The notes beneath the pieces were generated by a model. It worked only from the letters and a program-made list of their open reading frames with translations. It searched no databases and had not been told where the DNA came from. This document shows, one piece after another, positions 51,006-62,913 of a stretch of 64,000 nucleotides of DNA. Source of the stretch: Cirrosporium novae-zelandiae (lineage: Eukaryota); assembly GCA_026023565.1 (NCBI GenBank), contig JAPETS010000003.1, positions 620,001-684,000 on the forward strand, written 5' to 3'. The position numbers and the translations under genes are program-made. Each line of letters opens with the position of its first letter. Within the stretch, counting starts at the first letter, position 1.

Positions 51006-52456
51006 TATACCTTTCTATACTCGAGTATGTCTAGTCCAAGTAGTCCAAGTAGATTTCCCCGAAGGGCTATGGCTATGATTGCTTACTTGTGGCTTGCTAG
51101 ATCTGCGTGACCTTGAGTTATTCTATTCTCTTACTTTGTTACAAAAGCAAGGAAGGGGGCCCCTGGGGCCATAACAGAACATGCTCCCCCCTCCCCCTAG
51201 GAAGGAAGTAAAAGAGTACATATGTACAGTACACATACATGTATTAAAATGCCCACCCACAAAAGGTGAGCCTGAGCCTGAGCTTGAGCCTAAGAGAATA
51301 TATTATTTACATAGTAGAAAAAAGGCCACAGCCCTTTTGCCCTTTTGAAAGCGGCCATAAACATAAACCCGTACGTACTACATACACACACACATACACA
51401 TACACACTTGCCCCCCCCTTCCCTCCCCCATTTAATATAATCGGGTATTCACAGCCAACTAGAGCAGGGTTTTTAGTTAACCGTTAACTATTTAAATACC
51501 CAGGTAAATAGGTAGCCTTCCTAATGTTCTTAACATTCTTAACGTTTTATGTTTGGAGTACGTTTACGTTTTGATAAAGTAGAGAGTAAGGAGAGGAGGG
51601 AACGGATGCATGGATTGATTGACATGATCTTGTTAAAAAAAAAAAAGCAAATTTATTATCTTTTTTAGTTTTCGTCTTTTATCTCATCGTCTCTCCTACG
51701 AAAACAACCAAACCAATCACAATGATACCCATCTCCATCTCCATTTCCTACAATTATATATTTTCTCCCATAACATCAATAATATCAATAATACCAATAA
51801 TATATATACTCGAGTAAAAGAGATATCCATGCATAACTGTATTTCCTAGAACAAAAATATTTTCATTTTTCTGCTTTGTGGTCATGAGGGTACTCGAGTA
51901 AGTACTGTGAAATGGAAAATATAAAGTGAACCAAACAAACAAAATATTGAAACCATGGATAGGGATGTAGATTTTTTTCTATTTAAGCTTAATTTTATTC
52001 TTTTATTATGATACAAAATGGCGAATGGAAAATGTATATTTAATGAATTATGGGCATATTGATTATGATATGGATATGGTTCAAGTACAACTTGTTGGTC
52101 TATCTAATGCGGCTACCTAACTGGACGAACGAATGGTTGGTTGAAATAAGAGTCAAATAGAGGGTATTGTTAATTAATAGTGAATCAAATTATGCTCGTT
52201 TTTATCCGTCTCGTGGAAAATACAATATTTTGGGTATGAGAATAAAACCGTGACCTTACATCCAGATCGTAGGGAATTTGATCATCGTTGATCCATGTTA
52301 CAGAAGACCAATCCGTTGCTAGAAGAATACCCACAAACTGTTGAATGAGGTTTGGGTGGGTGATACTGCTGCACCCCAGGGTCAAATTAATTCCACCCTG
52401 GCGATATCATATCTGCAGGTAACACCATTTCAGTTATACAAAAAGCCGAAGATCCT

Positions 52457-54244
52457 TTAGGCACCATACTTCTCAGTCATACAAAGTTCCAGAAGTCCTG
52501 TGACTACTTTCGTTTCAGCCACTATGGAGCTTTCGGGCGCCATCATTTCGTGCCTGATAGCCGTTATAACACAGTGTGTGCAAGTTCTACTGACCCATTC
52601 ACGCTTCTCGTCCAAATCTACAGGGGGGAACAGTTCGGGATTAGACAGATATTCTAAGAAACCGGGCGTGTTTTTGGCAGCCTCGCACAGAGAACGGCAG
52701 CGTATATTCTTTGGCCACTCCATGTTGTACCCTGAAAAAGCGGCTGGATTGTTAGTACATGTGTTGATCAGCACCTCACCTAGATCGCGCCCTGTAGTTG
52801 GTGCCAGCCTTGCTAGAGGAGGCTCATCAGGCAATGGTCTAGCTGGGCAAACTTCGTCGGCTGCTAAATATGTGGGGTTTGATGCTGTGGCTCGTACGAC
52901 TGCCTCATTCAGATGCCACATGGTGGACTTAGGATGTTGAGTTCCCATTTCAAGCACACTCAGCTTTGTCTCTGGTACCGCTGTGTTGCTTGCCCACATC
53001 GCATCGATCGTGTGTGTTGGTGCATTCTCCCACCCTGAACCCTCATATCTTCTCATAATGGTATCATGGTCTTCCGGTGGAGCGTATCCAACGAAAAACA
53101 CAGCCCTAAACATGCGGCATATCAGTAGAACAACGAACACTCTTCTAAGAAGCCAAAAGAGATTTCTGTTGAGAAACCAGTAGGAGACCGAGTGCGCGAA
53201 GGGTCCATTCCAGATGGTATCCCATATATCTCGCAAAGAAAACGGGAACTCAAACCTGAGTGGAAGCCTATGTGGGAGCATCCATATCCACAAGCCTGTA
53301 AATATAGACGCAACTCGGAATGATCTGAACTCATTCTGTCGCAACACCTCGAGAAGCGCTTCTCTCTGGTCTTCTACCACCATTTCATTTGCCCTTCTCC
53401 CGAAGACTTTGAATATTGTCGGGTATCCTACCTGGAAAGGAATCTGTCTGCGGCGGTCGAGCTCATCGTAACAACGGTCTGGAATCACCTCGGCGGCACG
53501 GGTTAGGAAGGATCGTAGATACTGCGGATCCTCAATTGAATATGGAAGGTATCCCATGTCCCAAAATATCCTCACCGCACGTTCAACATTTTGAACCATA
53601 TTAGCATACGAAGGGAGTTCTAGAGCCTCTCTGCCCCTATGTGCCTGCGCCTGTCTCATGACCTCCCTCTTAAACGACCTGAAAATGGTTGGATAGTGAA
53701 CCGTGTGCGGAACCACCTGATTTCTAAAATATAAAGTGTAGAGCCCTCCGGGAATATTCGTGGCAGCGATGTGGAAGAACCAATTCGCGTAATCAGGATC
53801 TTCGATTTCTTTGGGCAGAAGGCCTGTTTGGTAGTACGTCTCAACTGCCACATCAAATACGACCCTGTTATTCACAGCCCATACATAATATATAGTGCTC
53901 CTCCAAGGGACCCAGATAAGGGTGATTGCACTAATGATAAACGGGTGGTTTAGAACGAAGGAGTATATTTGCCGAATGGCTGAGGAAAATATAGTTGTTT
54001 CTTGGCGGGCCTTGTGCGAAAGGAAGTAGTAGTAGGTGAGTAGGGAGAGAGTGAGCCATCTTTCTAGACTTCTCCGGATTTCTCTCAAAAAACCATCCCA
54101 TAAATCATCTCGGATGGTTTCCCAGATTACTTTCGGGGCGGTTTTTGGGATGGCATACCAGATGCAAAAGGTTGCTGCGAGCTTCCAGCTTATAAATTGG
54201 TTGAGGAATGTGAAGAGGAGAAAGAGGAAAATTAGGTTAAGCAT
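52457..54244 (-). CDS. Hypothetical 595-aa membrane protein with an internal 90-aa duplication
   Basis: Long intronless ORF with a hydrophobic N-terminus, further TM-like segments, two copies of G.LP..IEDP.Y..F...AA..IP...Y..YPTIF..F..REAL and a Cys-containing C-terminal region. Confidence 0.75.
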   Translation of the reverse strand: MLNLIFLFLLFTFLNQFISWKLAATFCIWYAIPKTAPKVIWETIRDDLWDGFLREIRRSLERWLTLSLLTYYYFLSHKARQETTIFSSAIRQIYSFVLNHPFIISAITLIWVPWRSTIYYVWAVNNRVVFDVAVETYYQTGLLPKEIEDPDYANWFFHIAATNIPGGLYTLYFRNQVVPHTVHYPTIFRSFKREVMRQAQAHRGREALELPSYANMVQNVERAVRIFWDMGYLPYSIEDPQYLRSFLTRAAEVIPDRCYDELDRRRQIPFQVGYPTIFKVFGRRANEMVVEDQREALLEVLRQNEFRSFRVASIFTGLWIWMLPHRLPLRFEFPFSLRDIWDTIWNGPFAHSVSYWFLNRNLFWLLRRVFVVLLICRMFRAVFFVGYAPPEDHDTIMRRYEGSGWENAPTHTIDAMWASNTAVPETKLSVLEMGTQHPKSTMWHLNEAVVRATASNPTYLAADEVCPARPLPDEPPLARLAPTTGRDLGEVLINTCTNNPAAFSGYNMEWPKNIRCRSLCEAAKNTPGFLEYLSNPELFPPVDLDEKREWVSRTCTHCVITAIRHEMMAPESSIVAETKVVTGLLELCMTEKYGA

Positions 54245-54456
54245 TCTTGTTGTTATTGCGTTTGCGTTTTTGTTAGTCGTAACCTATGATGTATTAAATA
54301 TGATTGGAGATAGAACCTGCTATCCGTGATGCGTGAGATGAGATATTAGTTAGTTGTCAATATGCAAGACATTATTATATATATATGGAATATAGTCGCT
54401 GGGTTTCGTATCTTGTACAAATTAAGAAGAAAGTTGAACTAGACAGTGATAATTGG

Positions 54457-54516
<60 letters not shown>
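54457..54516. repeat. (TGT)20 / (ACA)20 trinucleotide microsatellite
   Basis: Perfect 60-nt run about 210 nt upstream of the 52457-54244 ORF. Confidence 0.95.
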
Positions 54517-54859
54517 AGAGAGATGACACTTTTGTATAATTCGCGTCTTTGTCCACTCTGTCTCGGTGGTTTCATTGTTCATTGTTCTAGGGCTTTGTGC
54601 AACAAACAATCAAAATTTAGCTCATGAGCCCTGAAAAAGGATAGCCAATGATAAAAATAGAATACAAAGGCAAGAGAACTGAGAAAGTCCATTGAATAAA
54701 ACAATCTTATTATGAGGCTCCTTCAAGGTTTCTTTGTTGAAGTGTATCTGTAATAATTATTTTATCAAACCGGTCATCTATCTGACCGCCTTTGATGGTC
54801 ATGGGATATTCCTAGAAAAGCCACCATGTGATGACGATTGAAATGGAAACAGACTGTAC

Positions 54860-56120
54860 AGAAATGTTACCTCTGGTTAGGATAAGTGACTTGTCCATTG
54901 AGGAATACGCCTCCTGGGCTGGTGAGGAATAAGATGCGGGCTACCATATAGCTTTCGTTACCAGGGCGACCTGTCCACAACATCTGACTAGTTGTCGAGT
55001 TGGCTCTTTTCTTGGATTCACTAGCACGATAGAGCATTGGAGAACTGATCTCATATTTTCGCGCTTCGTTGGAAGAACCAGCGGTCATTCTCTTAGGAAA
55101 CAGGTTATGCGTAATGCTATTAGAACAAATCCCGATTTCGGAAAAATAATTGGCGAACATCCCGGTCATACCAATAAAACCTAGCGACCGGTTAATCCGC
55201 AGTTGTGGATATACTGCCGTTATTTCGTGGCTTGTATTAGTCTTCTGTGTGGTGTAGCTAAATTGGCCTTCTAAGGTGCCTTTCATGATTCAAGAAATGT
55301 TCGATATGTTGGGAATACTCGAGGTATTACCTGAGCCCTCTCTCTGACTCTTGCTAGTCTTGGAAGCGCCGTTGTAGCGAAAGCTTATCGAGAAGTCAGG
55401 ATTCAGGTTCGCTTTTCTAGAAATCGTCCGAGATTGACCGAACTGATTTGGAGTCGAGTTTGGTGTTCAAATCTTTTGTGTTGCCATCTCCTGCTATTCC
55501 ATCGTAATAAGCATTAGTCCGCATAATTTAAGAAGAAAATTGGCTAACATTGCTCACCAGTGGGTTTGATGAACTATATTAACTTTTCTCTCGTATCCTC
55601 AACAGCAAGTATCTTCACACTTTCTTGATTGCTATCTTCCTACTATATGTCGAGAATTAACCTGAAAATAAAAGGAGTCAATTGTCTCAAGAACGGCAGA
55701 AGTGGCCATAGGTACTATTAGAAGAAATTTAGAACATGATGCAAACTAGAGAACTGTGGAGGCTGGGGAGGTGACTTACGTTAGTATCCCATCTAGCCAT
55801 TTCTCGCATCTGTTGATGATTTTCTCTAGAACTTTTCTCCCTGGTCTTGGTATAGAGATCCTGGCTTCATATGAAGAGTAGCTAACACCTGTGTGGTCAA
55901 TTGTGCGGCTACCACCACCGCCATCAGTGATGATAGGGGCCAACTTGGAACGTCGAATATCTTGAAGATCTTGGTGTCCAGGTTTGATTGACTTGAACTA
56001 CGTAGTAGAGGTAGTATAGCTGCACCTAGTTTGAGTGGAGGATATACGTTAGATAGACCACCTTCGTTGTAACCGGAGACAGCCAAGCAGAGAATCGAAT
56101 CATGGTCTGTATGCAAATAT
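54860..56120 (-). pseudogene. Possible decayed multi-exon gene
   Basis: Protein-like open segments (55826-56116, 54867-55286) separated by good splice signals (GTAAGT at 55779; GTGAGC..ACTAAT..TAG about 55557-55497), with in-frame stops such as GEKF*RKIINRCEKWLDGILT. No family recognised. Confidence 0.3.
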
Positions 56121-56810
56121 GTTCATGGTCTTAGTTGGCCTTGTAGAGAGTTCATATTTTGAAAGCATCGTATCTCCTTGAGAATATTTGCAGTATCCAA
56201 ATGCAATGAACAACAGCATAGCAATGAAGAATTGAGTAACTATCTAGGTACTGTACCTGGGTAGTTCTAGACATGCCGCCAAGCATCCCATCTTGGCACT
56301 GCTGACGTCTCGTTTCGCTTTCGCTTTCGCTTTCATCACCAACTTTGGACTCAATCAACTTCCAGCTTCGATTTCTCATCCAAGTTTTCTTCATTAGTCG
56401 CTTAAGCAATTGATTTTTCTCTTTTTTTCTTTTCATATTTCTCCTCATTTATTTTTATTTTCCTATAATGTCTTCGAAATATCCACTCATGTTGAATCCT
56501 TCTCTAATTGCTTTACTACTATAATTTCTGTATTTGCTACTTTCTACTTGTGCAAAACGCTCTATTATCATCAAGATAGTATCATATTTGGCTAAAGGTA
56601 TGAGGTTTGTGGTATCACTCGAACATCCAAGCCTAATCTTGATTTTGTTTCCAACCCCCAACGCCATGTTCAAAGCCCCTTCCAGCGAAAATGTATTACT
56701 CAATCAAATTACCCCCACTATCATTATCGAAGAGTGCTGCATTTGTGATTGGTTTCAATTAGCTATGAAATAGGATAAGCCTGATCAAGAAGTTTCTAAC
56801 CTTTACATTT

Positions 56811-57101
56811 TCAACATTCGTTCCCACACTTAGGACAGTATTTTCCCGGAATCACCCAGATCTCGTTACCCTTCTTCATGCATGTAGGGCATTTGACTCC
56901 GGGAACCTTCATGGGAACGCACCGATTGTTAGTTTCAGTGAATAACCATCACCACTCTTTATTGACACTCACTGGCATATGCTGGATGGGATATCCGAAA
57001 TGAGTGTACATCCCAGCACTCAACAAACCAGTTGCACCAACTTCGTTGCCAGATACCGATGGAGGAAGGTTTTCCAAATAATGATTTGTAGGAGAAGCCA
57101 T
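56811..57101 (-). CDS. Small 74-aa zinc-ribbon (CxxC..CxxC) protein; exons 57101-56973, 56906-56811
   Basis: MASPTNHYLENLPPSVSGNEVGATGLLSAGMYTHFGYPIQHMP, then intron 56972-56907 (GTGAGT..ACTAAC..AAG), then VPGVKCPTCMKKGNEIWVIPGKYCPKCGNEC-stop. TATAAAA at 57222-57216. Confidence 0.78.
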
Positions 57102-59270
57102 GTTATCTTATGTTTTGTGCGAAACCTAGTTGAACTTTTCTTGCTGTGAGGTGTTGGTAGAGATATTTGTGTTTGAGACTGGTTGAGAAATCGATAGCCA
57201 CGGCGAGGAGCACCCTTTTATATGATCATGGTCAATCCGTTTGACTTAACTTGTCGGGAGGCTACTACCTTTCATCGAAGATCTTCACTCATATAAATTA
57301 CCCAATGGTGACTTTTACACTACCCTATCCATTGACTTGGGACATGTATGTCTCTAAGTCCTCTTCTATCGTGCGTACTTTTTACTTTGCCGCTAGTCAT
57401 ATAGCCGTCATTAGGTTTTTTTCACCTTCAACGGGTAGTACGAGAGACTCACCTCCAGCCGACGCGTATAGGAGCGCCGTATGCAGTGCCCCTGAGAGCA
57501 TGAAGCGCTTGAATTTACAGGAATGTTGCTACAACTCAATCCAGGACCTTGTCATCTCGGTTCTTTCTTCCGGCAATTAGATCCCGGATACAAAATTTAC
57601 GAACATAAGGCATAAATACGGTAAAACATTTTGCTACCGGTACTACCTATAGTTTCTTGGGATATGTTGTTCGAAATGATGACCAAATCCCAAATCACTT
57701 GATATTATACAGTTGACGCGGTATGCCGAAGACATCTTCTCCAGTGACAGGGAACAAAAGAAAAGGGAATATGCTCGCTGAATGGCATCAATGACCGCTT
57801 ACAACATAACCTGCTCTATACAATGACAGTTTCTGAGACCTCCTTTTTATCATTTACTCGGATCCTTCCTCCGCATCTCTTGGCATCCCATCAAACAACT
57901 GGCCCCTGGGGCTTGGAGGATAGTACGCGCGAACAAGATTGGTTTATCCTTGACCGCTTCAAGGATGCGCATCCACAATCTGCGGGAGTATGCATCCTCA
58001 CTCTGCACGCAAGATGGTGAAATGTCATGACTGCCCTTTGACATATGCTAAAAAAAGTCCTTTTGGATTTATAACACTAAACCGGAACTTAAAGTGCGAA
58101 TGGTTTAGACATTAAGCTCGGCTGTGGATTATACTCTATTGCTGCTAGGGCACAACAAAAAAAATTGATTTAAAAAAGAACCTGTCACTTCTTTGGCCCT
58201 TTGATAAGATGTCAAGTTTATGTAATGGACCTCCCTTCTGCCTAATGACAGCTTTTGCACCGAATCCATCATCCCATCTATCCGGTTCATTATGACTCCG
58301 TGATGCCTTGAATACTTGTCATCCAGAAATCTTCTTTCTCAATAGTTCAGCTCTACTCAAATATATCACGCCACCGAGAAAAGTTTATCTACATATCTCG
58401 ATCGAAATTCTCCATATGCTTGCACAAAATTTAACTCATCTTTATTTTGTGTCAACACCTCCTTTTTTCCAGAAGTTGGGAGCACTCCGTCGATATTTTT
58501 TTTACGAAAGTCTTGATCTAGTCCATGTGCCTCGCCGGTAATGACCAGACTGCTTATGTTGTGATCTATAACACCATCGTCGGCGTCATAACAGCTCAAC
58601 TGGATTTTATCAGCTTTACGCTTTATTTGTTACGAAAACAAGACTTTGTGGCCATCAAGGGCCATTGACGGAGGTTGTTCAAGCGAGAACGATTGTCAGC
58701 CAATTAGGCAACCTGGTAGGGGTACAGATTATGACTAACTACATCATCAAGATAATTTTTAGAGACAACATGTGCCCACCGAGTAACACCGTGGCTACCA
58801 GCATCAATTACCTTGCGAAAAGGTATCGTGAATTAGTTTCCCTGGTTTTCAATCTAAAAAAATATCCTCAATTGACTAGCTCTTCACAAAGGCTCTGTGC
58901 ATACCCTGACGAGGGGAAAGTTAGGCATTTAGCGTGTCGAAGTTCATAAAGGGGAAAGAGATATCGCTTTCGTCCGTTCCTGGTGCCCGTGAGACCCGAT
59001 ATTCTACAGCCAGCCGTCCACGTAAGCCGGTTTACTAATTCTGGTTTTTTTTGACGGAGTAAACCAACCCAGCAGTCTGGGATAGTAGCCCCAAGTGATT
59101 CGGAAAGTGGGTGACAAAGCATGACCCGGTGTCGTAGAGCTGGGATTTTCGAGTTACGTGGGTCTTTGAATGGGCAGACAGCGGACAATTGCAGGTTAAG
59201 ATCTCGATTAAGACTCCCATTGCAAGTAGGCTTTTCCAGCAACGTCCAAAGTCGAGTGGTACCAGTGATT

Positions 59271-61591
59271 CTACTTTCTGCTTTTCTTGATGTGGACAAG
59301 AAGAACCCCAGATGATTCTTTACCAGCAGCATCAAAGAGGTGAAGGAGTCGATAGCCTTCCTGAAGTCGATCAAGGCGAATGCATGCCCAAGCAGCCATA
59401 TCATCCTTCCCAATATTCTTGTCTTGGATTTTAAATCTGTAGGGAACGCAGTCAGCATCAATCACGTGTAGATAAGCGTGAAGAAATGAGACGAGATTTC
59501 AAGTAGGTGGGTATACTAGGTTGACAGGCGGGATGATCTGAATTACAACAGTGCTCGAGCAATCGTGAAACGTGGAAGCGGTTGGTTCTCGACATCATGA
59601 TATCCCGGATATACCAAGAAATCAATGTAGTATTCTGTCGTACGACTGACAATAAAAGAGAGCAGACTGACCTCAAGAAACTTAGCTCCTCTACAACTCC
59701 AGGAACATTGGTGAAATCAAGCTGATCGCCCCCAAAATCTGGGTCAACGCCTCTACAGGTCTTTGTCCGTCGCTTGTATTCGCCTCCTTTACTCTTGCCA
59801 CCTCCTTCGATTGGACTCCCACTTCGCTCCTCGGGTTGCTCAACGTGAAGCTCGCACTTGACATACGGGCGGAAATCATTCTCGTCGTCCTCGTCCGGAG
59901 GAAGGGGTATGTCCTGTCCAGCAAACACTTTGACACTGAGATCTAAAGTATAATGGGTGACGGCATTTTCCTGCGAATCTTCGGAACTTATTTTCTGCAA
60001 CATACTTGTACTTCGATAACCTTCAGGCTTCAGGACCCAGCCGCCACAACCAGCAAACATACCCTCATTCAGCATCATACCTTCGTCGCATTTCTGCCAA
60101 TTCAGTGCAACCATCTGAGCGCCTTTTCGCCAGAAGATCGAAGGATCTAAATTTGAAGATCTCACTCTGGTGCCGGCAGGGAATACTCGCATTAGGAAGT
60201 TACGATTATGCGAGAACAGTGTTGGACCGACGCTCTCATGAACTTCCATTATTTTTCCCTCGGATAAAGAGAAAATATGATTTGGAGTTGTCGCCTCTGT
60301 GCCGTGGTCAGATCTATTTCTGTACTGGGTCGGGATGATGTGTCTTACCAGGTTGTGTTAAGCTCGTGAAATGGCAGGCCTGCGTATAGACACCAAGTTT
60401 ACCCAAAGCTTTGATGATATTTTTACTCTTCTTTTTCTTATTTTCGGAACTTCGAGCGCTGTCATCTGATGACGAAGTGGAGGTGACTGTTTCAGTCTTT
60501 GCAACCTTTTGGATTTCTCCCTCCAAAACTAAGGGTAGCTCTGGCGCTGGCCTTTTCACCTTAACCAAGATCTTATTCCTCAGCTCTCCCGGGCTTGGCA
60601 ACTTTTCTAGTTTCTGCAGCTCCTCTTCCGGCAAAACCACCAGGAAGCCCTTCCATTCTGTTTCCATGATCTCCACCATGATTTCTTGTTGCTCAGCTGT
60701 GCAGTGAATTTCTAGGCTCACAATAATGGGTAGGTCACTTTTCACAAATGCATATTCTCGGACCGTTTTGCATACATCTCGAAACATGACCTCTTTCGTT
60801 AACGTGTACCCATGGTAGACTCGGGGCTCGGCAATAGTTGAGGCACTCGAGACACTCGAAATACTGGACACGCTTGGTGATCTCTGTAGTCTTGGGGTAA
60901 GGGAAGAACCATCCTCCGTTTTCTCTGTAGCGTCAGCTGGATTCTCCTTCTTCCGATACTCTTTATACTTTTCTGAGATATTCTCCGGCAATTTTTCCCC
61001 ATATTTATTATAATACTTATCAGCATACTTTTCAAGCCTTCCTCGTACTGATTTTTCCCTCACAGGAAGCTTTCTTTCTTCACCAGCGCCTATTCCAGTT
61101 CCTTTTCCTTTCTCCCCCTCCTTTCCCTTTCCCTTTATATTCTCCTTCGCCTTTTCCTCCTTTTCCCTTTTTGTCTCTCCATCCCAAACATCAATTTCTA
61201 TGCACCGGCAGCCACGCAATAGAACATTCTTGTATGCTTCTGTGGAGGCCTCCCCGTATAATTGGTTCCCCGTCAAGTATGTGTTATGACTACTGCTGAT
61301 GAAATAATTTGAGAGTGGGTATTTCATCATGTCATATTCAGGCTGAGGACCCATTGCATTGGACTCGGTGGAGGCCATACGCTTTAGGAAGGCATCAGCG
61401 GTAGGGTCTCCGAGAGAGGATGACGAGTATATTTTCTGCAGATGGGCGACCATGGCAGGTTTGAAGGCCTTGACTGTCCCTGTGTAGGTGGAGGCAGTCC
61501 CGCCGCCTGCAACGCGTTCTGGCTGTGTTTCGGCGGTGGACATGGTAGGCAACTGGGTAGATGAGTGGAGGGATCCGCCCGCTGCTGTCAT
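59271..61591 (-). CDS. Phosphoinositide-specific phospholipase C (X, Y, C2 domains); exons 61591-60349, 60296-59672, 59436-59271
   Basis: X-box PLSNYFISSSHNTYLTGNQL, RGCRCIEIDVWDG, VYHGYTLT and PIIVSLEIHC. Y-box FLMRVFPAGTRVRSSNLDP..GAQMVALNWQ. C2 region ending WACIRLDRLQEGYRLLHL. The start may be the ATG at 61543. Confidence 0.93.
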
Positions 61592-62511
61592 GTTGTAGAA
61601 GGTCTGCGTAAGGTTTAAGGTAGATATGCAGTCGGGATTTCGTTGGGTCTTGCTATGCAGGTAGTCGAGTGCTTGGTATTTCGATTTACGACGTGATTAC
61701 ACGAGGATTACGCGGCCAATAGCAGCTGCAATGAGGAGTAGCAGATCCGGCCTTGATACTCGGGTTTCGACTTTAAACTTCCTGAAGCCCAAGGTTCGGG
61801 ATGGTGGGATGTTGCAAGGAAGTTGGAGGGTCAGATGTATGCAGGAAGGTAGGTGGTAAATAGTTAGCTATTAGTATAGACAGATAACTTCTCCCCTTGA
61901 ATATAGCGGTGAGATTCAGTAGCGGACAAAAAGCTGGAAAAGGAACATTGAGAAACGGAGACAGAAGGTTGGGATTGTTAAAATGAAGAGTTGGTGATGA
62001 AATGATATTAGTGGCAGCTCTGAGTTGGCTGGAATCAGTTTCAGCTGCCTCGTTGCCTCTCCACTCTCTTCCTCCAATCTCCAATGTCAGTTCACTTTTT
62101 GGCTGCCTTGGCCATTTGTCCTTTTTCTTACCGTGGAGGCTATGAATGATACCACCATCCAGACATTCATTCTTTTGTTCCTTCGCTGAGGCTTTGTTCA
62201 AATATTAAGAATATCCACGGTAAGCCAAATACTTTTCATATTCCTTTTTTTTTGTATTCAGGGATGGAGAGGATTTTACTTGTGTCGTCTCATTTCTTGG
62301 AAGGACAAGGTTCTCTGATTGTAGATTGACGACCCTTGTCCTGGTTAAGGTTCTATGACATAATGCCAACAACCCCTCCAACTGCCCCACCAACCAGCTT
62401 CAGCCCTAAATACCTACCTACCTAGGTAGTCGAATGAGTTTCTTGTCTTCTTTTCTTTTCTTGTTAACCACTTCCAAAGAAATCCTTATCTTCATCTTCA
62501 TCATATAAATC

Positions 62512-62913
62512 ATGCCTGCTCCCACCATATCTCCTCTCCCAATCACCGATAACGACGCCGAAACTCTTGTCCGTTCTTGGGGTTTCAGCCATGTTTTTAC
62601 TTGGGAGGATGGGCCGTAGGTCTTCCCGGTTTCTAGGTCTTTTCTTTCTCAAGCCGAGTCCTAGATCATAGAACATATTGGCTAATTTCTATACGTCTAT
62701 AATAGAGAGGCATACTATTCCCCTCACACGCATTCTAATCTCACAACCCACCTAATCCTCTCCGGAGAGATGACAGTGAGATATCCCGATAGTGATCCGG
62801 AAGGAACCCAGAAAGAAACTTTTGGGAAGGGGAAAAGAGTTGATGTCGATGCACGAAGGAGACATGAAGTGTGGATGGGCCCGAATGGGTGCAGGTATGT
62901 TGTGGGTGAGTAA
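62512..62913 (+). CDS. Small cupin-fold protein, 103 aa; exons 62512-62615, 62706-62913
   Basis: MPAPTISPLPITDNDAETLVRSWGFSHVFTWEDGP-EAYYSPHTHSNLTTHLILSGEMTVRYP...RVDVDARRRHEVWMGPNGCRYVVGE. Intron GTAGGT..GCTAAT..TAG; HxH and H cupin ligands. Absent from the ORF track. Confidence 0.85.

Noticed and set aside
54375..54627. Poly-Q and poly-C ORFs
   Set aside because: These are translations of the (TGT)20 microsatellite, with no other coding features.
58868..59461. 197-aa ORF overlapping the PLC 3' end
   Set aside because: Alternative frame of the last PLC exon plus 3' UTR; the PLC frame explains the sequence.
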